From the NCBI RefSeq assembly GCF_006345805.1, contig NC_042998.1, forward strand, positions 18,166,001 through 18,230,000: DNA of 64,000 nt, in the 5' to 3' direction. This document shows positions 38,051 to 49,100 of the stretch, in pieces (the first letter of the stretch is position 1; each line of letters begins with the position of its first letter). The position numbers were made by a program, and so were the translations under genes. The notes under the pieces are model-generated. The model saw only the letters and a program-made list of their open reading frames with translations, did no database searches and was not told where the DNA came from. The stretch is from Octopus sinensis. Lineage: Eukaryota.

Positions 38051-38968
38051 TACAAAAAATTACCCTTTCATGTTCATCAGCATCTGCCGATAAAATATGA
38101 AAGCAAGTTTGTGTCTTAAAATTGCAAGAAATTGTTCCCATTCCTTTTCTGAATATCCAATGGTAATATAAACGATAGAAGACCTACAATTTTGGCTGAC
38201 AATTAATGTGAGAAATTTGTCAGTTGTCTTACTCAGATATTTAATCTTCTCAGATAAATGGCGTCGATTTATTTAATGGATGAAATGATTTTATTATATT
38301 AGTATACGTACAAGTTTTGCCTGCTCAAAATAGATGCAATTTCTTCATCGGCTAACAATCGTGTTCTAGTATTTTGTGTAACTCTTAGGTAAATAAGCAA
38401 TGTCTAGTGTAATGTTTCTTAAAAGGAAGCGTGCAACCATGAAAATATTATTTCAGAGCGAAAATTCATTACAACAATAGATTTCATCATTTTTCATAAC
38501 GAAATATAAATTGCTTGAGAAAACAATGCATTATTTCTCAAGCGAGAGCTAGTCTATAATACAAGTAATCGTTGGCATATGAAATTTATAACTATAAGCT
38601 CAAAGAAGAGAGAAGTTAAACGGAATAATTCACAAATATTACTAATGTATCTGCATTAAGCATAAAAGAAAAAAGAAAGCAATTTGGACAAATTCTTGAT
38701 TCTTGAGATTATCATTCCTTCCCAGATGGAACTAGTCTCAGTTGACACTAGGCGTTTGTTTATTCTTGCTTCGGAAAAAAAACATGATTGCAATAAATCA
38801 AGAATTTCTCTTGCGTATCATTTCAAATATATTTATTCAAATTTATTGCCAAAGTTCAAGCTACTATTCACTTCGAGTTATTTTTCTTTCAACATTTTCG
38901 CTTTTAGTGACAAAAAATCATGGATACATACATACATGCATGCATGCATACATACATACACACGGAGA

Positions 38969-39010
38969 GATAGATAGATAGATGATAGATAGATAGATAG
39001 ATAGATAGAT

Positions 39011-39063
<53 letters not shown>
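38969..39063. repeat. (GATA)n microsatellite
   Basis: Direct inspection; a similar tract lies at 24428-24486. Confidence 0.95.
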
Positions 39064-39066
<3 letters not shown>

Positions 39067-39084
39067 CAGAGATAGACAGATAAA

Positions 39085-39310
39085 TACCTTTTTCTTTACT
39101 ACCCACAAAGAGCTAAACACAGAGAGGACAAATAAGGACAGACAAACGGATTAAGTCGATTATATCGACCCCAGTGCGTAACTGGTACTTATTTAATCGA
39201 CCCCGGAAGGAGGAAAGGCAAAGCCGACCTCGGCGGAATTTGAACTCAGAACGTAGCGGCAGACGAAATACCGCTAAGCATTTTGCCCGACGTGCTAACG
39301 ATTCTGCCGC
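39085..39310 (-). mobile_element. SINE family C, near full length
   Basis: tttctttactacccacaa..ggattaagtcgattatatcgaccccagtgcgtaactgg..gtgctaacgattctgcc. Confidence 0.88.
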
Positions 39311-39383
39311 ATACATACATACATACATACATATTTACATACATATACGGTATGTATGATCAGTCTATGTTTCTATGCATGTA

Positions 39384-39735
39384 TTGGGTCATCCCATAAA
39401 TAATGCAGTTTTTTCATTTGTATGAACTAAAAGTCGGAGGGGTACGGGATAATCTACCTGCATCAACTTGCTAAAAAAGCTGGTAGTAATTTTATCTTGT
39501 CCTTATTCTTAGTGAAAATTTTGAAGAGTGCAGTTTGAGTTGAACAGTTATTTTTTCACAGCTGTAATGGAAGTGACAAAGGAGCATATTCAGCATATTT
39601 TCCTTTATGAGTTCAGTAAAAGTAAGAACGCGAGGGAAAGTGCAAGGAATATCAATGCAGTATATGCGGATCGGAAATAAGCGTAAGCCATTGTCAATGG
39701 TGGTTCTAGAAATTTCGAGCCGAAAACTATCACGG
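39384..39735 (+). mobile_element. Mariner transposon 5' fragment (TIR + transposase N-terminal HTH)
   Basis: TA|TTGGGTCATCCCATAAATAATGC end; ATG at 39567 gives MEVTKEHIQHIFLYEFSKSKNARESARNINAVY, a typical mariner N-terminus; truncated. Confidence 0.82.
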
Positions 39736-39811
39736 TTACACCAATGTTTCAAGTCTGCGTAGACATACAAAAGTTTTCTTTACAAGCAAGCACGCACACA
39801 TACACGCACAA

Positions 39812-39842
<31 letters not shown>

Positions 39843-39860
39843 GATACACACACACACACA

Positions 39861-39933
<73 letters not shown>

Positions 39934-40366
39934 GCGATATGTGGAATTCCGGTAGTAGATAAAGTTAATTTAGTATGGCTTTGCAAAAATAAGAAAATTA
40001 AATGTAAATAAATATATTTTGTATCATATCAATTAAGACACTGGGTCTAAGATTAGGGAAAGGGCCTCTCTTCATACAAACATAAGAAAAGGAAGGGATA
40101 GAGAGAGGAAGTAAAGTAGCTAAATTAACTAAAAAAAAAGATTTGAAAGTATTTCAAATACATATGAAAAAGAAATAAAGTATATGAATTCCGAAGGGAA
40201 CAGGCACCAGAGTCTAGAAAGACTAAAACAAGGCATAGTTTTGAACAACAACTATTTTTAAATAGCGTTAAAATGTTAAAGGAATGCGAAACGGCCGTAA
40301 TCCAAAGGATAACAAGTTGTTAAATAAATGTATTCATATCTGAAAGCGCCCGACATTTTTCGATTT

Positions 40367-40399
<33 letters not shown>

Positions 40400-40467
40400 C
40401 ACGCACACACACACTATACATTCATATATACATACATATATATTCATACATATATATATATACATAC

Positions 40468-40531
<64 letters not shown>

Positions 40532-40533
<2 letters not shown>

Positions 40534-41308
40534 GTGTAATAAATAAAATATATGCATACATACAAACTATATGTACGTACCGACATCTACATGTATATAT
40601 ACATGCATATATAAATATATATATACGTACAGGACATCACAAGAAGACGAAAAAATCAACAGAACGAAAACGCAGAAGACATTTTGTTACAACAGAAGGA
40701 CAGAGACGAGGAACAAAACGAAACGAAAAAGAAAACGGGAAAGACAATTATGTGTAGCAGAAAAACGAAGTACAGGACGTGCTACACAAGGAAAAATCCC
40801 CTTCATCAGCTGTCGCTATTAATTTTGTATTATTTTTTTCTTGTATGTATTTTTTTTGCAGTTCTTTGTTACATCCCTTTTTGTGTTACATTTTTCCTGC
40901 TCGTTTACCCCTCTACGAGTTTATTTATTTTAATTCTCTCGTAGGAAGGCTTAGCTTGACCTTACGTGTTCTGTCTTGCCTTCGAAACACGTGTCTGCTA
41001 GCGACAGCTGATGAAGGGGATTTTTCCTTGTGTAGCACGTCCTGCACTTCGTTTTTCTGCTACACATAATTGTTTTTCCCGTTTTCTTTTTCGTTTCGTT
41101 TTGTTCCTCGTCTCTTTTTCGTTTCGTTTCGTTCCTCGTCCTTCTGTTGTAACAAAATGTCTTCTCCGTTTTCGTTCTGTTGATTTTTTCGTCTTCTTGT
41201 GATGTCCTGTACGTATATATATATTTATATATGCATGTATATATACATGTAGATGTCGGTACGTACATATATGTTTGTATGTATGCATATATTTTATTTA
41301 TTACACTA
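40532..41308. repeat. Head-to-head inverted repeat of a PLE-type terminal repeat
   Basis: Arms 40532-40818 and 40999-41308 (right arm has an extra ~23-bp duplication); 180-bp spacer; (TA)n on the left. Confidence 0.9.
40952..41020 (+). ncRNA. Candidate non-circularly permuted hammerhead ribozyme, copy 2
   Basis: ACGTGT-U-CTGTC (40964-40975), CCTTC-GAAA-CACGT (40979-40992), GACAG-CTGATGA-AGGGG (41003-41019); extra helix TAGC-TT-GAC / GTC-T-GCTA. Manual folding only. Confidence 0.7.
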
Positions 41309-41418
41309 TTGTCTGACAGCGCTTCGCGTCGGGTTCGTTTGAATTTTCGATTTTTCGAATTCTCACTTCGTTCCGTCCCCTCCTCTTTGTCCGTTTTTAC
41401 AGTTTATATATATATATA

Positions 41419-41747
41419 TGTAGGTCCCGGGTTGAGTCGGGGTTAACCACAGTAAATAAGGTACTCAATACATAGCAGAGTAAATTAATTTATTTTATAG
41501 AAGGAGCTTCTACAGGACTAGAACTGTTTCATTCAAAAGAAATCATCAGGAAGCTTGGTGACAAGAATAGTTTTGGCATTTATACATTTAGGCAGATTTA
41601 AAGTGGTGGTGGGGGGACTTTTTGGGGGTAGGCATGGCGCAAACTGTTTTTCTTAGGGGAGTTGTCAAAAGAATCAGTGATAAAGTAGATAAAAGAAAAA
41701 TAGAATAATAGAATAGAGTTTTAGGTAAATAAGAAGACTATCACTTA
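41419..41747 (-). repeat. PLE-type pseudo-LTR, family 2
   Basis: Reverse complement of 45850-46107 (several mismatches) plus about 75 bp more of 3' sequence; bounded by (TA)n; contains an HHR. Confidence 0.82.
41505..41555 (-). ncRNA. Type I hammerhead ribozyme, family 2
   Basis: AGCTTC-CTGATGA-T-TTC(TTTT)GAA-T-GAAA-CAG-TTCTAGTC-CTGT-A-GAAGCT: stem I 6 bp, stem III ACAG/CTGT, GUA cleavage triplet. Confidence 0.8.
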
Positions 41748-42273
41748 TATATATATATATATATATACATATACACACATACATACATATATATATATGC
41801 ACCCATATACATACATATACGTACACACCCATACACATACTCATACATACACACATACATATATCCATACACTCACATACATATATATATATATATATAC
41901 AAATACACACACACATGCATGCCAACATGCAAGCACACGCACACATATATCTACATACATATATATAAAAAAAGAATATACACCCCCATACACACACGCT
42001 CACATATATATATATACACACATATATACACACACACACATATATATATATACATATATACATATATATACATATGTATATACATGTACACATATACACA
42101 CACATTTCTTCCCTTATTTTATTTTATTTTTATTTTTATTTTGACCTCCACTTACCAGGCCGGCACTGAAGTAAGACCCTCCCGAGGGCGCTAGCCAGCC
42201 TAAAAAAAAACTTTATTTCCCCTCTCCCTTCCTTTCTATCTTTCTTCCCACCGATACGAACACAAACACTCAC
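41747..42273 (+). repeat. Inverted-repeat arm (partner at 44547-45090)
   Basis: Microsatellite-rich segment plus the unique core ttgacctccacttaccaggccggcactgaagtaagaccctcccgagg..cttcccaccgatacgaac, mirrored at 44547-45090. Confidence 0.88.
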
Positions 42274-42755
42274 ACACGCACACACATTCACACGCGCACT
42301 CATACACATACACAAACGCACGTGTTCTATGTATACACATACATATACACACACAAGTACACATATTCATACATACATAAGTGCACCGACTTTCACATAA
42401 ACGTACACATAATTATGTACACACAAAACCACATATAAAAATGTACTTCAGTACACATAAACACACATGAACATCTGCCCGCATATATAGACGCATATGC
42501 CTATATACAGACATTTGTGCATATAAACATACATACGCATATATACGCATCCATACGCTTTTAAGTACATATTAGCACACATGCACGCATACACGTGTAC
42601 ATAAAAGCATACCTACATATACCTACCTACACACATACATATACATACATGCACGTATATACACATACGTACACGTACCTACAAATTCATATCTACACGC
42701 ATACACATACTTACATCTATACACACACAGAAAACTAGTCCATATATATACACAA

Positions 42756-42788
<33 letters not shown>

Positions 42789-43129
42789 CATATACACGTA
42801 CATATATACCTACATATACATACACATATATACTTACACCAGTCATATACATACCTACAGACACATACATCCATATATATCTATACATATACATACACAT
42901 ATATAAACACATGCACATACTAATACACATACGCATATCTACGCACATACACGCACACATATCTATCTACATATATAAAAAAAGAAACCCAACAAGTCCA
43001 TACATATACACACATATATATACATATACACGTACCTACATACACATACATATACGTCCATACGCACACCCATATACATACATACATCCACACAGAGGTA
43101 TACAGGCATATACACACACATATATACTC

Positions 43130-43170
<41 letters not shown>

Positions 43171-43527
43171 GAACGCACACATATAGACATATATACACAT
43201 ATATACACCAATACACATACGCATACATAAATGTATACCTATGTATATACATATGCATACACATACACACACACGCGCGCATCTATATATACATAAATAC
43301 ATACATGCATACAAACATATACGTATATACATACATGCATACTCAAATAATAAATATATGTACGTGCAATTACCCATACTTACACATACATATACGCGCG
43401 CCTGTACACAGACATACATATACATACATATAAACATACACATATATACATATTTACACATATGATACATACATACATATACACATATATCTGCATACAT
43501 ATATATACATAAAACACACAAGCGTAC

Positions 43528-43558
<31 letters not shown>

Positions 43559-43938
43559 TATACACATATATATACATATATAAATATACATACATATGTA
43601 AATGCACGTACACACATACATACGTATATTCATACTTACACCCACACATATATATACATATACAGGTGTACATATACAACCCATAAACATATACACAAGC
43701 ATATACCTACACGTAAATATATACCCGTATACACACAGACTCATACACTAGTACATACACACACATATATGTACACACATATGCACACACACATATATAC
43801 AAATACACACATACATATACATAAATACATACATACATACACATACATACATATCCATAAATACATATATATACATATACATACACATACATCTACATAC
43901 ACATATATACACATATTAATACGCACACACATATATAC

Positions 43939-43982
<44 letters not shown>

Positions 43983-44160
43983 CATACACACTCATATATA
44001 TACACATGTAAAACCATGTACACATATACACATGCACACGTATGCACGCCTTCACATACACATGTACATACACTGTAGCACATACATTCACATACAGATA
44101 CGTATATGCACTCGTATACATATACGTACGCACACGCACATATGCCTACGCCCATATATA
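42274..44160. repeat. About 1.9-kb degenerate (CA/TA)n low-complexity tract
   Basis: Direct inspection. Confidence 0.92.
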
Positions 44161-44164
44161 TGTG

Positions 44165-44578
44165 AATAGTCTTAGGAGAGAAGGTAATTGGGGGTGCTGA
44201 GGGAACGGTGGGGTGGGGGTGGGAGGGGGTCGTCAATCGGGTTGCCGGGTGGGTCTGTAGTTTTTGTAGTTTGCATAAATTTTGTGCATACAATTTGGGG
44301 AGTGTTCCGAAAACTTGTTGAGGAGAGGGCCTTTGGCGAACAAGATCTCCAGGCTCTCAGAAATGCAAAGGTCACAGCAGGTGTGGCCTCCTGTGTACGA
44401 ACGCGCCCTCTGTAGTAGTCTCCACTTGATCTTGAAAGGGATGGAGTTCCTTTTAAGGTACGAGATCTGGGCGGCGAGAGTAGTCTGGTTAGATTTGTCA
44501 GGTCGCCGGAACGAATGTGTGTGGGAATACCAACGTGTTTGTGTTCGTGAGTGTTTGTGTTCGTATCGGTGGGAAGAA
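44165..44578 (-). pseudogene. C-terminal half of a PLE GIY-YIG endonuclease
   Basis: RWYSHTHSFR..TTLAAQISYLK..FKIKWRLLQRARSYTGGHTCCDLCISESLEIL..LLNKFSE..CMH aligns with RVRNHISSF..TTLSNKIWELK..YNLNWEIVRRAIPY..CQLCSMETYEIL..LLN..CVH of the 15831-18670 ORF. Confidence 0.85.
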
Positions 44579-44766
44579 AGATAGAAAGGAAGGGAGAGGG
44601 GCAATAAAGGTTTGTTTAGGCCGGCTAGCTCCCTCGGGAGGGTCTTACTTCAGTGCCGGCCTGGTAAGTGGAGGTCAAAATAAAAATAAAAATAAAATAA
44701 AATAAGGGAAGAAATGTGTGTGTATATGTGTGCATGTATATACATATGTATATATATGTATATATG

Positions 44767-44817
<51 letters not shown>

Positions 44818-45048
44818 GTGAGCGTGTGTGTATGGGGGTGTATATTCTTTTTTTTATATATATGTGTGTAGATATATGTGTGCGTGTGCTTGCATGTGGG
44901 CATGTATGTGTGTGTATTTGTATATATATATATATACATATATATGTGAGTGTATGGATATATGTATGTGTGTATGTATGAGAATGTGTATGGGTGTGTA
45001 CGTATATGTATGTATATGGGTGCATATATATATATGTATGTATGTGTG

Positions 45049-45090
<42 letters not shown>

Positions 45091-45158
45091 TATATATATA
45101 TACGTTTAAATATTTGTTGTGCAACATTTCTTATGTGAAGTCGTGTGTTGAAACAGAT

Positions 45159-45788
45159 ATTGTTATATTTCGGAATGGTCATATTGCCAGTTTAGCCAAT
45201 AAAAAACACACGCACTATATATTTGGTGTTATTTTTCTTCAGTGATATTTATTTTTTACATAAATCTTAATCTTATTTCGGCCAAAGTTCTTTCGTCACA
45301 CTCCTGTGACCGCATCAGTGGTCCTTTGTTTTCTTCTCACTTACTTGTGTCTCTCCTTACTAACCGTCTTCCCACCGATACGAATACAAACATTCACGAA
45401 CACAAACACGTTGGTATTCCCACACACATTCGTTCCGGCGACCTGACAAATCTAACCAGACTACTCTCGCCGCACAGATCTGGTACCTTAAAAGGAACTC
45501 CATCCCCTTCAAGATCAAGTGGAGACTACTACAGAGGGCGCGTTCGTACACAGGAGGCCATACCTGCTGTGACCTTTGCATTTCTGACGGTTAGTAAGGA
45601 GAGACACAAGTAAGTGAGAAGAAAACAAAGGACCACTGATGCGGTCACAGGAGTGTGACGAAAGAACTTTGGCCGAAATAAGATTAAGATTTATGTAAAA
45701 AATAAATATCACTGAAGCAAAATAACACCAAATATATAGTGCGTGTATTTTTATTGGCTAAACTGGCAATATGACCATTCCGAAATAT

Positions 45789-45795
<7 letters not shown>
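45159..45795. repeat. Inverted repeat (210-bp arms) enclosing a GIY-YIG fragment
   Basis: Arms 45159-45368 / 45586-45795; the spacer 45369-45585 is a + strand copy of about 44366-44578. Confidence 0.9.
45630..45674 (+). ncRNA. Hammerhead-like motif with variant core (mirror copy at 45280-45323, minus strand)
   Basis: CCA-CTGATGCG-GTCACA(GGAG)TGTGAC-GAAAG-AA-CT-T-TGG: perfect 6-bp stem II, core CUGAUGCG instead of CUGANGA, weak stem I. Confidence 0.4.
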
Positions 45796-45849
<54 letters not shown>

Positions 45850-46107
45850 ATATAAGCGATAGTCTTCTTATTTACCTAAAACTCTATTCTATTATTCTAT
45901 TTTTCTTTTATCTACTTTATCACTGATTCTTTTGACCACACCCCTAAGAAAGACAGTTTGCGCCATGCCTACCCAAAAAGTCCCCCACCACCACCACTTT
46001 AAATCTGCCTAAATGTATAACTGCCAAAACTATTCTTGTCACCAAGCTTCCTGATGATTTCTTTTGAATGAAATAGTTCTAGTCCTGTAGAAGCTCCTTC
46101 TATAAAA
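45850..46107 (+). repeat. PLE-type pseudo-LTR, family 2
   Basis: Inverted partner of 41491-41747; embedded in (TA)n. Confidence 0.82.
46045..46095 (+). ncRNA. Type I hammerhead ribozyme, family 2
   Basis: AGCTTC-CTGATGA-TTTCTTTTGAAT-GAAATAG-TTCTAGTC-CTGT-A-GAAGCT; U-G wobble at 15.2/16.2; cleavage after A46089. Confidence 0.75.
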
Positions 46108-46120
46108 TATATATATATAT

Positions 46121-46181
<61 letters not shown>

Positions 46182-49100
46182 TATATATATGTATGAATAT
46201 ATATGTATGTATGTATATACTTATACATAAATGATACTGTATAACGAATACATCCATGCCTATATACGTTCTTGTCTATGTGTATGTGCATGTGTGCATA
46301 AAAGCATTAAAGTACTTTCAGCTAGAGTTATATCTCAATATTCCTAACATATGCACATAAAAGGATTTACAAATATAGATTTCCTAAACATGTATGATCA
46401 ATTTATCAATTCAATATTCGAAATAAATTTTTAGCTATTACCTCAGGTTTTCTCTTTGATTCCTATCTCTAGAGAGAAAATAAGAGGGTAACACTTTAAT
46501 TTTACATCGATTTATATGTAGAGTAAATAATATTTCAGCGTATGTTTTATTCTTTTTGTGTGTGAGTTAATGTAGAATGAATCTATGGTAAACTAATGTT
46601 ACATAGATAATCTTGTACTGATCTAATTCCTATAAATTTGATTATAGTGTCATAATTTTGTAAACTCTTTCCGAAATCTAAACTATTTTCTGTATAAATT
46701 GACGCATAAATAAACCTACTTTTCGTATCTGTTTTGTACTTACTGTATTGAATGTGACTGTGATTTAGCGTATCAAAAGTCCTTGGTGATAGAGCTGCAC
46801 ATCGTTTATTTAGTGAGCCTGCCGGAAGGGAAAATGCTAATGAACTTTGCATACCACCACGAAACCGCCGAACCTTTACAGCTCAACAACTGCAAGAAGC
46901 ATATGATATACAATATTAAAAATATTCCATGTTCTGGCAAAACGTATTAAACAAAGACGTTATGGCGAGATAAGGGGTTTGGGAGGCAACATACGTGACA
47001 AGAAATAGAGAGACAAATTGGTCGGTTGTACGTGAGTGGTGGGCTTATGAGACCAGCCAGTTCCTTGTAGGAGATGTCATTGTAGTAGGGACAGTGATGT
47101 GACTAGAAAAGCACGTCCGAGCGCCAGATGTTAATTTGCATCGCTTGTGATTGAATTCGCATCGTGTGCGTGGCCCTTTTTAATTACTTCCCAAGATGTC
47201 CGTGTCTCTAGCATCCGTAACATCCTAGATATAGATGTTATACCTTCTTGTGATTCATACCCGATCTTTAATGAGAATCTGGATCTATTCTGAATTGAAT
47301 TATTCTCTAGTGGTGAAGATTAGGGGTAATCATTTGAAAGCGGTCGTAGCTATACTAATAATACGCTTCCTCGAGAATATATCCCGTTGTGACTGAGGCC
47401 CATCATTGAGAGCAACTTTGCGGCCTGTAAGGAATGTCGCTTGTGTTGCAGTGATTTTTAAAAAATTATTAATATTGCTTTAGATTTTTGCTCTCATATG
47501 TCACAAGTTTTTCACAATCCAAATGGAGGAATCTCTCAAGGTTTGTGCTTATGGAATCAATGTGGAATTGCTGTACGATGCTTAGTTTTTTATGCACGAT
47601 CAATATTTGGGAAAGCTAGGGAGGAATGAAGTTTTATGCCGGTGCATCAGAGTGGAATTGTTGAATGTCTCGACATGCAGGTAATTTAATGTACCGAACC
47701 AGAAAGTAGTGCACAAAATCAGAACCCGTGTAACACCAAATTTGATTATAAATGAAGTAGGAAGAAGAAACTGAAGTGAGGAGACCTGATTCGAAGCTAC
47801 CAATCCAAGTGATGTACAATGGACTTAGTTACCGTATTATTCAACTTAATTCAATAAATTGGAATTCAAAAGCGCAATGAAGGATATGTCAAATGAAACG
47901 CATCCTATACCTAAGCATACAGTATCATTTATATAACTATCCAAGTGCTCTGGAGCCATTCTATGATGTTATTAAATGGTCAAGGGATTAACAACTATAC
48001 ACTGAATCAATACAAATCAAAGAAACCTAGTACATGACTATTGCGACTTCTGTTGTCACATGTCATCTTTGAGTGGGCGTGGCCACAACAAAGGAAGTTT
48101 CAATCATAAACAAAAATTAATTTCGTACCTAACATAAGATATGTGATTGCGTTTTTAGTCAGTAGTGTGTGTTGTACGAGAAAGAATTTCTTGCTATTGA
48201 TAAAAAAATGTTTGACTGTTTACGAAATGTAGGTTTAGTCATAAATTTCATCCACAAATTCTCACACTCAAGTGGCTGTATATTTCTTTTTGCGAAATCA
48301 TGAATATAAATGAAATTAATAACACGAAACAATTGCTAGTCGATATTGTATAATCATTTAGCTTACAAAAACTTGCTGAACAACGCAGTAACATAATTTA
48401 CACTATAATTACACCAGTCGCAAAGAAACTAAATACCCAATTGAATCAATTTTAAACGAACACTAATAAAATATTACTTCCAGTCGGAAATACAAACATA
48501 CTAATCGATAACTAACCTGTTTTAGAAGAATTTTAATGCTACGAAATAACTATGTTTAACTATTAACTGTATACTTTATGAAACTGAGAGTCACGTTTGA
48601 GACATATTGAACACCTTTTCTTTCCTCCTCAACATATTACTTGTACAAACCAACAGAAAATTAAATACAAAAGAAAAATTACGTCGATGAGAAAAACCAA
48701 CATTAAACGTGATCTTCTTTTAGACAGTATGTTGCAGGTTGATTATGGAAGCACGTGTTAGTTTGAAGTTTTCTTTACATTAACTGTGATCACTCCGATT
48801 TTTTCAGCTACGTTTTTTTCTTCTTCCTTAAAAGTAGAGCAGAATAAGTCATTAAATCTCCGCAATAAAATTACCAATATTTCCTGTTCACGTAAATTAT
48901 TCGTGCGCACATCAATAGATATAGTGCCACCATAGTGCAGGTGAGAATTAGAAATGTCAATTATGGTACGGTAATTAATATTATAGCCACGTATGGCCAA
49001 GTTTCCTGTACGTCTAATTAAAGCACAATTTCCCTTTCATTACTTTTGCATCACTACCTTAAAATATATTTCGGAGTAGAAAACTCAGGACTTTTCCACT

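Noticed and set aside
41674-44293. Many overlapping ORFs rich in Y/I/C/V/M or H/T
   Set aside because: These are translations of CA/TA microsatellites. The same applies to similar ORFs throughout the window.
47040-47830. Possible degenerate GIY-YIG or DNA-transposase relic
   Set aside because: Only vague motif similarity after several assumed frameshifts; not supportable.
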